Assembly: GCA_000165345.1 (NCBI GenBank)
Contig: CM000431.1
Span: 480,001 to 544,000, forward strand
DNA length: 64,000 nt
Direction: 5' to 3'
Shown here piece by piece: positions 22,484 to 32,816 of this stretch. The translations under genes were made by a program, and so were the position numbers. Within the stretch, counting starts at the first letter, position 1. The number at the start of each line of letters is the position of its first letter. Below the pieces are notes generated by a model. The model did not search any database. It was not told where the DNA came from and was given only the letters and a program-made list of their open reading frames with translations.

Positions 22484-22987
22484 TCAGCCCTCTTTAATTT
22501 GCTGATAGTTATTTTCCTCAGTTTCTTCCTTTTTGGGCTCGAATGAAATATTATCTATATTGAAATATGGCCTATTAAAAATATTGGTGTGATCTTCACT
22601 GTAATCCATTTCATCATCGGTCTCCTTCCCTTCTTTAACCCATTCTCCACAGCTAACACAAACAAAGACAAGAGTCATAGCTTCTGAACATACTCTCTCA
22701 GGAAGTTGAAAAAAGACGGCAACATTGTGACCACATCCTCTACAATTCCATTCAAGAGTTCTTCCAAGAGTTGGATCCTGATGCAAACCTCTGGCAACTA
22801 AAATATCTTCCTTTCCTTCATATTGATAGGTAATACAGTTTACAACGTTTTCTTCAGCATTGGTTGGATCGGCATAACTAAAGTATTCGCAATTTCTGCA
22901 AGCGTACAAAAGTTTCCTCCGCTCGATATTCTCTTTTGGACATAATATATTATTGCATTCTGGACAAAATCTAATATCCCTTTCCAT
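22484..22987 (-). CDS. RPB9: RNA polymerase II subunit RPB9-like, with two zinc ribbons and a roughly 50-aa acidic C-terminal extension
   Basis: N-terminal ribbon MERDIRFCPECNNILCPKE...LLYACRNCEY. C-terminal TFIIS-type ribbon CRGCGHNVAVFFQ...MTLVFVCVSCGEW. This has the FFQ...VC pattern of RPB9 and lacks the RSADE hairpin of RPC11/RPA12. Confidence 0.65.
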   Translation of the reverse strand: MERDIRFCPECNNILCPKENIERRKLLYACRNCEYFSYADPTNAEENVVNCITYQYEGKEDILVARGLHQDPTLGRTLEWNCRGCGHNVAVFFQLPERVCSEAMTLVFVCVSCGEWVKEGKETDDEMDYSEDHTNIFNRPYFNIDNISFEPKKEETEENNYQQIKEG

Positions 22988-23247
22988 TTTTACCGAGCAA
23001 ATGTTCTTATTATAAGGTTGTTAGTGATTTCAAGGTATGAAATCCCAACAAATTCAAGCAGAACTCACTGGTAGGAATAAAAGTTGGAAAACCTTCTCCA
23101 ATTAATTAAGCTAGCAGCTCTCTCACTAGATAATTATACTGAACTGAAGCAGACAAATTGATCAAAGGGAATTACGGCCAAACCAACTTATGTTATCAGA
23201 AAATTACTTTTGCAAAGACTTATTTTAGTTATATAAGATCGGAGTGT

Positions 23248-23283
23248 TACCGCCAAAACAGAATAGTACCACTTTTAGCGGTA
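23248..23283. promoter_or_regulatory. Inverted pair of E2F-like half sites (TACCGCCAAAA ... TTTTAGCGGTA) in the divergent RPB9/SART3-like promoter
   Basis: gtTACCGCCAAAAcagaatagtaccacTTTTAGCGGTAtgcc. The arms are reverse complements with one mismatch and 14-nt spacing. Similar single TTTTGGCGGTA sites occur at 36035-36045 and 37851-37862; TTCCCGCCAA occurs at 53007-53016. Confidence 0.4.
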
Positions 23284-23565
23284 TGCCTTTAAGTGGGTTA
23301 TTATGTATTTAGGTTAACGGTTAAGTTCCAAGCGTTTGGTTTAATGGAATTTGAAACCAAAATACTATACTTTGCAGCAAGTATATTTGCTAGTAGTAGT
23401 TTTATCGGTTTTAATGATTTTAAAGTTCGAAAGATTGTAAGGTTTTAGCTGCAAAGTTTCCAAATTTGAGAAATTTCAAGGTAATTGTGAGAATAACAGT
23501 AAGAGAGGTGTGATGATTATGTAAAGCAAGCCTTTGAAGTAATATAATATTTTGAAATAATTAAG

Positions 23566-26500
23566 ATGCGGAATTTGATAAAAGATATTGAGTTATATCC
23601 CACAATAGCGGACAACCATTTAAGATTTATAGAGTCGAATATTAAGGGTGAAGCAGGGTTAAAGGAGGTAGAGCAACTATATGAGGGCGCACTTTCTGTG
23701 TGTGGATTGCATCCTGCCGAGGGGCCAGTAATATGGAGTGAGTATCGACGTTTTTTAAGCCATCAAAATGAGGAGAATTTGTCTTTAAGAGTGAGTAAAG
23801 TAAGGGACTTATTTTACAGGCAGATGTCTTTGCCTTTAAGCGGACTTCCAGACCTTCTGGATGAATACAGGATTTGGGAAGAGGAACTTCCAGCCGAAAA
23901 CAGGGAATCTTTTGATGTAGCAAAAGAGCACTATTTGAGAGGCCAGCAGGAGTGGAGTTTAAGAAAACCATTGGAGATGAGAGTTCAGACTGATAATGTG
24001 TCGAACTTACAAGAATTGTTTGATGCCTGGATGCTCTATATTAACTTTGAAAAAGATAGGATGCTTTCAATTGACTATTCAAGTAACGCTGTGCCTCCTC
24101 AAGAGTCTCATTCTGGCTGTAATAACTGTAATTCCTCCATTAAATATAGGTTCGATACTAAAGACTCCGTTATTATGGCTTATAGAAGGGCACTTGATGA
24201 TTTGGGTTCAATAAGAATTGATCTTTGGCTAGAGCTTGCGAATTTTATTTCAACGACCACAAATTGCCCACATTTACTTTCCACAGTATATGCTTCTTCG
24301 CTCCAACATTTTTCTACCAACCCAAAGCTTTGGATGTTTTATCTATCAGCTAAAGCGGAGTCAATAAAAGATATCACATCTCACTTTTGCCAACTTCATC
24401 ATTTTTATGGTCCTGGATGCAAAGCCCGTTCCAGCGCTACTTGGTATCCACAGAATTACCAAATCCTTAAAATTACAAGCTTGAAAGAAATGCTTGAAAT
24501 TGTTCTTGAAAATTATATATCAGAACTTTCTAAGTTCCAAGAAATCTTTTCAAAGTCAAAACAAGACGCTCTCGAGTTATACTTTGTTGTCACCAACTCA
24601 CTCATTGATATTAATAAATCTCTTAAATCCCAGTTAGATACCGCAAAAACATGCAATATTACGTACGAACAGACACATTTGGAGGGAATTAATATATTAG
24701 AATTGGAGGAATTAATATTTAAAAAGTTAGAGAAGTTATATTTGAGAGGAGAGGAGTTATTATTGGGAAGTAATGTCGGATTGGTAGAAGGAAATACTAA
24801 TGGAACAGGGGAAAAGTTTGATATATTGGAGGAGTCAGCTGCATTGTTCTATTCACGGTGGTTTGATTTTGAATTACTGAGATCAGCAAATTTGAAGGAG
24901 GTGATAATTTCTATTTTGGAAAAGTTTCTAGATAAAGATGAGGAACAAGTTATGAACCTGTTGCCTATAATCATTTCAGTCATAAAAGGTAGACTTACAG
25001 CACAAGATCAAATTGAGATAGGGCCAGTTTTGATAGAAAGATTTAGTGGATGTTCTGAGAAAATCAAAGCAAAAGTTTCTAGTGAGTGGGAAAGCACTGA
25101 AAGTTTTGTAAAATACAAAGACAGTAATAAAAGGCAACGTTTGGAAGCATTCGAGGGAGATCCGAATATATTATACTCTCCAAATATTGGAAAGATTTCA
25201 TTGGGAGTTTCCTCTTCAAGCTCAGAGGGAGTGCCAACACAAGAAGTTTCCCAATGTATCTTGCCGCTACCTATTATACATCAAGGGCCAACGATTAATG
25301 CTAGCTCTAGGACTTCAAGCTTAAGATCCATCTCTAAGAACAATGATATTGAAGGTGATTTCGTATGCTTGAGCGAGATCAGACTTAGAAGAGATAAGAG
25401 GAGGAACCGTAGAAACTTTACAGAAAGTGATTATGATACATCCAGCGAGTGCTCTTCTGAAAGTAATAGTATTTCAGCCTTACTTGGGAGTTCAGGAACA
25501 AATGGAGGGAGGCAGTTTCTCAGAAACTTTACTCCTCCCGGGACCCCCAGTTATTCTATACAGAAAGTACCAGGGGTAATTGCACATCAGAACCACAATT
25601 TGAAGTCTCCGCGTTCTCCCACAATCACGTCTGGATTACAGCAAATAACTCTCCATTCAGATCAGCCAGGTTCGAACTCATTTACTCCCAAAGGGAGTCA
25701 TCTAATAAGATCGCCTGGAATTGTTCCTCAAGATCTGGAAGCGAGAACACAGTGTACTTGGGATGGAAGAGAAGCTATTGAACCCTCTATTGCCCCTCCG
25801 ATACCACCTATACCTACTATATCATCTATTTCATCAGTTTCTTCAAATTCATCTCATTCATCTTTTGGTGCTAGGCAGATTGAAAGATCAATTTCACAAT
25901 CCGTTTCTTTAGGAGAGCAGCAAATTTCGATTTCTGAAAGGATAGTTGACGATCAAAATATGCCTCCACCTACATATACTCCCAAAAAAAATAAGTTGGA
26001 TCGTTCAAATGAGAAGGGCGGGATACAACGGCAGTCATCAATAACATCGGTATCTATGGCAATATCTGCCTGTGAGGATTCTGACTTGAATTCAAGCCCA
26101 AAAGAAATTTTGAAAATGGCCAAAGATTTGCCTTCAGATTCTTACGAGGAGGATACTTTGTTCATTAGGTTTCCCCAGGATCAGGATATGGATGAAGAGA
26201 AGCTTAGAGGAATTCTTTTGGAACATTTTCTCATTCAAATTAGCCAGATAAGGATTGTTAGAGATCCCAAGGGAAAACCTAAAGGCTTTGCATATGTTGA
26301 TATTGAGCCGGAAAAGATTGATGAAATAATGAAGAATTCTGAGGAATTAAAAAGGTTAGAGGAAATTGGAATTCAGGTTAAAGCTTCCAATCCACCTAAA
26401 TCTCAGGCTCCGAGAAAGAGTTTATCATCCCGGGGGAATTCAAAGTATAAAAGGCAGACTAGAAGAAAGCAGGCACAAGATCAGCAGGATTCTAGTACGA

Positions 26501-26976
26501 CTATTCTTATTAAGAATATTGATAAAAGTTTGGATGAAAAACAGGTTATTTCTCATTTTCAGGATAGTCTTGGGCTCAAAGTGAAAAATATTAGCATTTC
26601 TAGAGACCAAAGTGGTGCATCTAAAGGATTTGCATTTATGGATTTCTTCGAATCAGGAGATGCTCTTGCTGCTCATATGCTTAATGAATCGAAGTTGGGC
26701 TCAAGCAGCATTACTGTCAGCTCTTCTACTCGTCCTTTAACATTCCCAAAATCAACAAATTCTGATGTTGGCTTAACTGACTCCCTGAATGCCAGATTTG
26801 TTCCTAGAACTAAGAGTAAGCAGAAACTTCCCTCTGGTCGTATAGGAATGAGAGGTAGAGAAAATAAGGTTAACACTTCTACCTTCCACGAGGACTTGGA
26901 GTTGGGAAATCAACATGAAACAGTGAATAAAGCTCCCTCTTTGACAAATGATGATTTCAGAAAACTATTTTTATAG
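23566..26976 (+). CDS. SART3/Prp24-like U4/U6 snRNP recycling factor (N-terminal HAT/TPR-like repeats, long Ser-rich linker, two C-terminal RRMs, C-terminal F..LFL tail)
   Basis: HAT-like helical repeats at the N-terminus (LYEGALSVCGLHPAEGPVIWSEYRRFL...). Two RRM RNP1-like motifs (KGFAYVDIEP, KGFAFMDFFESGDALAAH). The protein ends ...NDDFRKLFL, reminiscent of the Prp24 SNFFL / SART3 LSm-interaction motif. Confidence 0.55.
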   Translation: MRNLIKDIELYPTIADNHLRFIESNIKGEAGLKEVEQLYEGALSVCGLHPAEGPVIWSEYRRFLSHQNEENLSLRVSKVRDLFYRQMSLPLSGLPDLLDEYRIWEEELPAENRESFDVAKEHYLRGQQEWSLRKPLEMRVQTDNVSNLQELFDAWMLYINFEKDRMLSIDYSSNAVPPQESHSGCNNCNSSIKYRFDTKDSVIMAYRRALDDLGSIRIDLWLELANFISTTTNCPHLLSTVYASSLQHFSTNPKLWMFYLSAKAESIKDITSHFCQLHHFYGPGCKARSSATWYPQNYQILKITSLKEMLEIVLENYISELSKFQEIFSKSKQDALELYFVVTNSLIDINKSLKSQLDTAKTCNITYEQTHLEGINILELEELIFKKLEKLYLRGEELLLGSNVGLVEGNTNGTGEKFDILEESAALFYSRWFDFELLRSANLKEVIISILEKFLDKDEEQVMNLLPIIISVIKGRLTAQDQIEIGPVLIERFSGCSEKIKAKVSSEWESTESFVKYKDSNKRQRLEAFEGDPNILYSPNIGKISLGVSSSSSEGVPTQEVSQCILPLPIIHQGPTINASSRTSSLRSISKNNDIEGDFVCLSEIRLRRDKRRNRRNFTESDYDTSSECSSESNSISALLGSSGTNGGRQFLRNFTPPGTPSYSIQKVPGVIAHQNHNLKSPRSPTITSGLQQITLHSDQPGSNSFTPKGSHLIRSPGIVPQDLEARTQCTWDGREAIEPSIAPPIPPIPTISSISSVSSNSSHSSFGARQIERSISQSVSLGEQQISISERIVDDQNMPPPTYTPKKNKLDRSNEKGGIQRQSSITSVSMAISACEDSDLNSSPKEILKMAKDLPSDSYEEDTLFIRFPQDQDMDEEKLRGILLEHFLIQISQIRIVRDPKGKPKGFAYVDIEPEKIDEIMKNSEELKRLEEIGIQVKASNPPKSQAPRKSLSSRGNSKYKRQTRRKQAQDQQDSSTTILIKNIDKSLDEKQVISHFQDSLGLKVKNISISRDQSGASKGFAFMDFFESGDALAAHMLNESKLGSSSITVSSSTRPLTFPKSTNSDVGLTDSLNARFVPRTKSKQKLPSGRIGMRGRENKVNTSTFHEDLELGNQHETVNKAPSLTNDDFRKLFL

Positions 26977-27105
26977 GCAATAGGAATTTGGGAGATCAAA
27001 CTTAATTAGAAACTCAAAAAGTATATTTCAGGAGTAGGTAGTAGTTAATTATAACTTTGATATATAAATTAAAACCGAATCAAGTTCTATTTGTAGATTG
27101 CCTAT

Positions 27106-29310
27106 TCATTTATACTGAAACGTGACGTCTATACAGACATTTTTGAAATTTGATGATCTAACATCAATTTCTTTCTTACGCTTGAGAGAAATTGAAAGAA
27201 AGCAGTCTCGGATCAACCATGTCTTGGAGGAAGTATCCCACTCTAGAAAGAATGTCCAAAGGTTCGAGTGGCTAGAGGTATGTATAAGAGCAGGATGAAG
27301 CCAGAAATGGGCCAATGCAACAGAAGAATTTGAGAAGCTGCGTCTAGAGGACCCCCATTCATTAATCTTTTTAATTGGGAATTCAACAATGTCTTTATAT
27401 GGTGAGTTCACTGCTGTAATTACATGATTAGAAAACTCCTTCTTGCGCTCCGGGTTTGAGAAATCTATGAGAGAGATGCTTCGGAGCATATGTGCGTTTT
27501 CTTCCTCTTCTTCAATTGGTTTAAGGCTTTCAATGGGATCATAAAGCAAACAGCTCATTTCTGTGGTTTCTGAGTCAACTTCACTTCTTTGATGCATAGA
27601 TTTTGGAGAAAGTGAATGTTTCTGGAGATGCCTCTGAGGAGATTCGTATCCAAAAATCTTTATAACAAACTCTCTCTCAATCCAAGGCTTTGGGCGGTCT
27701 TGAGCAGTTCTAGTGACTATATCTGGCGAAAATGGTTTAGTTTTAAGACTTGAAACAAGTTGTTCAATCTTAGATCTAGCGGAATAGATAAGTTGGCTTT
27801 GATCTTGACCAAAATAGCTCAAAGCTTGCTTATTAGATTCAGATTCTAGCAAAAAAAACTGATAACCTTCTCCTTTTGAATATAAAGATTGGCTTAAATG
27901 GGTACCTGCATGACGTGGATTCCAATCAAAGTTTGTGGTTAAGCCGCTATAAAGGTACTCTGCATCTCGATTATACTCAGAATGGAGGCAGATTTTCCAT
28001 TCAAAGATATCACTTATTTCTCTTTCTTTATTATTGACAACAATGGAGACTGGGAAAACATTGATAGGATGGATTAAACATTGTGGAAGATATATGCATT
28101 GGTCTCTAAGCAGTTCTGAAATCTTCCAATGCCTCTTTTCGCACTTTTGATTGACTCTTCTCAGTTCAGAATTGCAAATATTCCAATAGTATCCAGAACG
28201 GAAACCTCTTTGGAGATCTTCCCAAAAGAAGTTTGAGCCTCGTTTAATAACTGATTCTGGGAAGGTGTGTTTAAGAAGGAAGTTGAAGTAATGAACAAAT
28301 CTGATTTGGGATGGGTTCTTTATTGTTTTGACGCAACCTGGAAGACTGAGATCGGTTCTTCTATTAGAGTAGTACTCAAGAGCTTCTTCTAAGCTTGAAC
28401 AGAGTCTCGAATATAGTAACCAAGCAACCACGACGATTCCAGTTCTACCTTTACCACCTTTACAATGGATTGCCACTACGTTCTTACGATCGCTTACCAA
28501 GTAATTGAGAACAAGGAAGCAAATGATAAACAGAGATCCAAGAGTAGGAACTTGATGATCTGGAAATGGACAAGAAACAATACTATGGAAATAACTAAGA
28601 GAGTAGTGTTCTCGCTCATTACAGAGATTAATAATCATATGGTTGCGGGGATACTTTGTCATGAAAAAAGTTGAAACCTCTTCAATTGGATTTCTGTAAA
28701 TTGCTTCAATATTAATTGCTGGAAGTCCCATAGCGATCACTCTATCAGTAATATAAACCAAATCCAAACAATATTCTTCATTCGTATAGAAGCGTTTATT
28801 CTGACCAACTTGTTTTCGAAGAAAGACAGAAAGACGTTTCCAGTTGGCTGCATAGCCAAGAATTTTACCAAATCCAACAATATCTGTGCTAAGGCCCGTA
28901 ATACTCAGCATTCCAATGACTAAGTTCAGAAACAGCTCCACAGAATTCCTCATAATAATAGTCTCATCCTTCAATTTACCTGAAACCCCATATTTTGCCC
29001 TTAGAAGTTTACAAATATATACTAAAATAACCAATGAGTCATAAATACAGTAAACTGAGATGATTATTCCAATAGGAAAGTATATTTCTTGACAAAACCT
29101 ATTTAAAGCTGAGTTTTGTGTTTTGTTCATAAAAATAGCCAGAAAAATTGCCATATGCAAAATACATAAAAAAATAATAATCCAGTGGACTATTGGAGAA
29201 CTTGCAGCCCTAGATGCTCTATTCAGAAATGTCCCCACCCTTGAACTTGTACCATGGTCATTCACCTTGTTTTGCTCCAGTATGCAAAGCAAGTCTACGC
29301 TATTTCTCAT
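27106..29310 (-). CDS. PTEN-family phosphoinositide/protein phosphatase with an N-terminal multi-helix transmembrane module (TPTE/VSP-like arrangement); the track ORF start at 29367 is a GTG, and the first ATG is at 29310
   Basis: The phosphatase core aligns to PTEN/TPTE: NKRFYTNEEYCLDLVYITDRVIAMGLPA...IYRNPIEEV...NHMIINLCNER...VVAIHCKGGKGRTG (P-loop HCKxGKGRTG with the catalytic Cys intact). It is preceded by three strongly hydrophobic segments: IVHWIIIFLCILHMAIFLAIFM, IYFPIGIIISVYCIYDSLVILVYICKLL and LNLVIGMLSITGLSTDIVGFGKILGYAA. Confidence 0.75.
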   Translation of the reverse strand: MRNSVDLLCILEQNKVNDHGTSSRVGTFLNRASRAASSPIVHWIIIFLCILHMAIFLAIFMNKTQNSALNRFCQEIYFPIGIIISVYCIYDSLVILVYICKLLRAKYGVSGKLKDETIIMRNSVELFLNLVIGMLSITGLSTDIVGFGKILGYAANWKRLSVFLRKQVGQNKRFYTNEEYCLDLVYITDRVIAMGLPAINIEAIYRNPIEEVSTFFMTKYPRNHMIINLCNEREHYSLSYFHSIVSCPFPDHQVPTLGSLFIICFLVLNYLVSDRKNVVAIHCKGGKGRTGIVVVAWLLYSRLCSSLEEALEYYSNRRTDLSLPGCVKTIKNPSQIRFVHYFNFLLKHTFPESVIKRGSNFFWEDLQRGFRSGYYWNICNSELRRVNQKCEKRHWKISELLRDQCIYLPQCLIHPINVFPVSIVVNNKEREISDIFEWKICLHSEYNRDAEYLYSGLTTNFDWNPRHAGTHLSQSLYSKGEGYQFFLLESESNKQALSYFGQDQSQLIYSARSKIEQLVSSLKTKPFSPDIVTRTAQDRPKPWIEREFVIKIFGYESPQRHLQKHSLSPKSMHQRSEVDSETTEMSCLLYDPIESLKPIEEEEENAHMLRSISLIDFSNPERKKEFSNHVITAVNSPYKDIVEFPIKKINEWGSSRRSFSNSSVALAHFWLHPALIHTSSHSNLWTFFLEWDTSSKTWLIRDCFLSISLKRKKEIDVRSSNFKNVCIDVTFQYK

Positions 29311-30204
29311 TTTATCTTTGCTCTGCTCTGCTTCCTTAAGGCCAGATATCCAGGTTTTCGTATTCACTTGGCCTCATTATACGCTCTCAAGCATTCCAAT
29401 TTTCTTCCAACCCTAAGCCCTATAATTTTTTTCAAATTAACACGTCTATTGAGATTTTTCCAAAAATATATTATATTCCTATATTTGACGGAGTGCCGCC
29501 TAACATATTTTTTTTTATGCATGCGAAGTAATTATATACCGGTAAAAAATATTTGTGGGGAAAGTAAAAAAAATTCTGCATTTCATATTTATACGTCACT
29601 GCTATTATTTGACGTATTAAAAAAAGGAATGAAAACAGATTTTACTTTAAGAGCATTAATTTCCTGCAGATTTAATATATTCTAAGTGTGGATATCTCAA
29701 TATACTTCATAAGAATAATTTTCTTAAAAAAAAAATATTGCGAAAAATAAATAATTGCAAAATTTGCATTAGTAATGCATTTAGAGGCTAGACCTAAAGG
29801 TTTTATTTTTTTAAAGTACGCGTTAGCCATTCTTAAGACAGCATTTTGAGAGGAGCTATAGACGAGGTTATATCTATGCTTCTGCGAATGCTTAATGCTA
29901 CATTATGTAATATTACATAAGCCAGAGTGGTCTCAAATTTTAATTATTTTGTACAGCAATTTTAGGCGCCATACTTTACATAGCTATTATGAAATTATTG
30001 GTCCTCATGAAAAAATATGGTCAAATGGGCGGGAATTTCAGAATGTGATATAATGCTGAAGTGGGGAAATCATTAATAAAAGTTAAATTTTTTCTGTTTT
30101 TGCTGTTAGGAGTTAAATTTGAACATCGTTTTCATTCCAGTTAAATTGGGGAGCAAGTCAAGTTTAATTAGCAGGAAGTCGTTAGGGCTCACAGATAAAG
30201 AGTG

Positions 30205-31080
30205 ATGACAGGTAACAATCCATATGGAGGCTACGACTTGGTGATAAGGGAGTTTGATCCTTCTGATAGCGATGGCGTAAGGCGCGTGTGTTTCAAACAC
30301 TTTCGCTCCTTGACATTCCCGTCAGTTTTCTTTTACTTGAGTCAGCATTTGGCGGATATGATAGCCTTGTTGGTGATTGGAAAAGTGTTTATGGACTTTA
30401 AGCAGCTGATTTCAATGCTGGTTTTATTTTGTGTCTATTTGACAGGTAGATCCATATGGGAGGTTGAAACTTATATTAGGAACTGTTGTACAGATTTGAG
30501 AAATGTGCATGAACTTTACATGATTTCTCCTGGATATCATTTTTGGGTTGCAGAGCTTGTCAAGAGGAGAAACTCCATTAGAAAGAGAAGGAGCATGGTT
30601 TTGGGGAGCGGGGGTGGAAGTAATTCGAGAGCAGAGGGCTTAGAACAAAATGATCATGCTTCAAAAAGTATTGAGTGTGAAGATACTCCAAGTAATAGGA
30701 TGGAGGGAGGCGAGTCCATCTTAGTCGGATGCGTCGGCCTAGCCCCATATAGAGATGATCCAAAGATAGGCCGTCTTGTTAGGCTAGTAGTTGGAGTTGA
30801 AAGCAGAAGAATGAGAATAGGAACAAGGTTGTTAGCTCAGATGGAAAATTTTGCAAAGGATTATGGATATAAGGAAATCCACTTATACACGAACAATTTG
30901 AGCACTTCACCAATTAAATTTATTAGCCAACATGGATACCAACTTGTTCAGGTAATTAGTAGAGGATTAATGAGAGGTGACTTATTGCTTTGGAGAAAGT
31001 CTTTTGAAAAAAGCAGCTCTGATAATTCCTACTTGAATAATGAAAGGAACAGTATTGGAGAGAGAGTTATATTAGATTAA
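30205..31080 (+). CDS. Membrane-associated GNAT-family N-acetyltransferase (NAT8/camello-like); the track ORF begins at a GTG at 30202
   Basis: Acetyl-CoA-binding GNAT core: GCVGLAPYRDDPKIGRLVRLVVGVESRRMRIGTRLLAQMENFAKDYGYKEIHLYT. Hydrophobic N-terminal segments: FPSVFFYLSQHLADMIALLVIGKVF and LISMLVLFCVYL. Confidence 0.6.
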   Translation: MTGNNPYGGYDLVIREFDPSDSDGVRRVCFKHFRSLTFPSVFFYLSQHLADMIALLVIGKVFMDFKQLISMLVLFCVYLTGRSIWEVETYIRNCCTDLRNVHELYMISPGYHFWVAELVKRRNSIRKRRSMVLGSGGGSNSRAEGLEQNDHASKSIECEDTPSNRMEGGESILVGCVGLAPYRDDPKIGRLVRLVVGVESRRMRIGTRLLAQMENFAKDYGYKEIHLYTNNLSTSPIKFISQHGYQLVQVISRGLMRGDLLLWRKSFEKSSSDNSYLNNERNSIGERVILD

Positions 31081-31113
31081 ATGATTTAGGTATAAAGTAT
31101 AAAATAACATTAA

Positions 31114-32487
31114 TTAAGAAATGGAGTTCAATAGAGACTCAACATTCAGGTTCAAATTAGACTCGTTTGGTATCATGCAACTACTGTATTTGGTTTCTGT
31201 GATAAATTCAATACATTTAAAGAATATATAGTCAGAGCTGTCTAGCTTACAGGAAAATTTGTCCTGAATGCTGACATTCGATAATTCAAAAATATTCTCA
31301 GATTTGCTGTAGTTATTGCCACAAATGCTATTAAGACATCTGGATGATATGATATTCAAAAGATTAAGTATATTTTCTGTTTCAAACTTGACTTTGACGA
31401 AGACAATTCCAAATTCATTCAATAGTATTTTCTGGTCATTATCTAGAGATAGATTTTCTGTAAGCGTTCCGGAACATCTTACTTTTCCAATTAAAACTTT
31501 GTCCTTAGTATATAATTCATTTTTTTCATTTATATTCAATTTGAAGGTAGTATTATCATCCATTTCTTTGTCTCTGCAATCTTTAAATGACTTATTCTGT
31601 TTATCCCTCCATATAAACCAGTTTTTCTGAGAAGCAGTGCAATACTCTTTGCATTCGGGATACGCATCTTCGTAATCTTGTTCGACATCATACACAGAAT
31701 CTTTTCTTACGAACACCAAACAATCAAAATCTGATAAAGGGCCATGCATTCTGTCATTAACTCCGTAAATATGTAACAAACTATCTTTAGACAAAGGAAA
31801 ATATTTTCCTAACTGTATTCTAATATTTGGAATAAGTTTAAGATTCGAGTCCAATACCATGGAAACATCCATGCTTTCCGCAGTTCTATTAGTGACTCCT
31901 GATTCCTCAATCCTTGAAGATAAGAAATGCAATCTACATTCGGTTGTAGAAATACATATATTCAAATTGTTCCAAACGATCAAATCATTGCAATAAAAGG
32001 TATTCTGATCTTGATTATATATTCCATCAATGATAGTCAATCCAGTATGAGCAAATGGGACATTCTTTACGGTAAAAATTCTCCATCCATCTTGGTTTCT
32101 CAGTTCACAATATCCATTTCCTTGAATTAACATGCTCCTACTTCCTGTACAAATTGGAAGTAAAAGCCAATCTTGAGGGTTTTCCTGTATGCTTTTGTAC
32201 CCTTCGGAAAGTTTAGACAACCATGTATACTCTATTAGCTCTTTAGACCAAACTTTTGAAAGCTTCCAATCTTTGATAAACTTTGAGTGAACTTTTTCAC
32301 TTTTGCCTTTGGGTTTAAAATACTCTTTGTCTTCTGTCCTCTGAAATTTGAGAAACTTTTGTCGCCTTTCCGTTCTTAGCTTCTCCAGCATTCCCCTAAG
32401 CTTCTTATCTATAGAGGACATATCAGAATGTTTTTCCTTTATAAACCCATGATTGAGTTTGTAGTAGCTATTATAACTAGAATTCAT
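31114..32487 (-). CDS. SNUPN: Snurportin-1 homologue (m3G-cap snRNP import adaptor); the track ORF start at 32526 is a TTG, and the first ATG is at 32487
   Basis: N-terminal basic IBB-like stretch (LRTERRQKFLKFQRTED). The cap-binding domain aligns with snurportin and the capping-enzyme nucleotidyltransferase fold: WLLLPICTGSRSMLIQGNGYCELRNQDGWRIF...TIIDGIYNQDQNTFYCNDLIVWNN...CRLHFLSSRIEE (human SPN1 'WMLVPCPVGKRCLVVA...[22 protein letters not shown]'). Confidence 0.7.
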   Translation of the reverse strand: MNSSYNSYYKLNHGFIKEKHSDMSSIDKKLRGMLEKLRTERRQKFLKFQRTEDKEYFKPKGKSEKVHSKFIKDWKLSKVWSKELIEYTWLSKLSEGYKSIQENPQDWLLLPICTGSRSMLIQGNGYCELRNQDGWRIFTVKNVPFAHTGLTIIDGIYNQDQNTFYCNDLIVWNNLNICISTTECRLHFLSSRIEESGVTNRTAESMDVSMVLDSNLKLIPNIRIQLGKYFPLSKDSLLHIYGVNDRMHGPLSDFDCLVFVRKDSVYDVEQDYEDAYPECKEYCTASQKNWFIWRDKQNKSFKDCRDKEMDDNTTFKLNINEKNELYTKDKVLIGKVRCSGTLTENLSLDNDQKILLNEFGIVFVKVKFETENILNLLNIISSRCLNSICGNNYSKSENIFELSNVSIQDKFSCKLDSSDYIFFKCIEFITETKYSSCMIPNESNLNLNVESLLNSIS

Positions 32488-32816
32488 CCTAAATAGAAAT
32501 AGATTAACTCCCTCTACTAGAGGCAAAGATTTGAAAATCCAAAACTTCGAACAATTTCATTTAATTCGAAACTTATCAGAGCTGTAATCATTTTTTATTA
32601 GTTTATTTTCTGCCTTTAGACATTTGGCGCCAGGCTGAATAGATGCATGTAAATTCCTAGTTTTTATATTTAGAAAAGTTAAATAATATAAAAATTGAAA
32701 GAGAGAGGAATTAAGGAGTTTATTGGTGATATAAAATTATGGAAGAGTAATTAATGCATTTAATATGGTAGATTTATGAATATTCTAAAAAGGAATTTAA
32801 AGTTTAGAGACGTAAA

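Noticed and set aside
29123-29685. Track ORFs 29123..29416 and 29254..29685 (+)
   Set aside because: They overlap the 5' end and promoter of the PTEN-like gene, are AT-rich, Leu/Phe/Ile-dominated and have no domain. The region contains promoter motifs such as ATGCATGCG instead.
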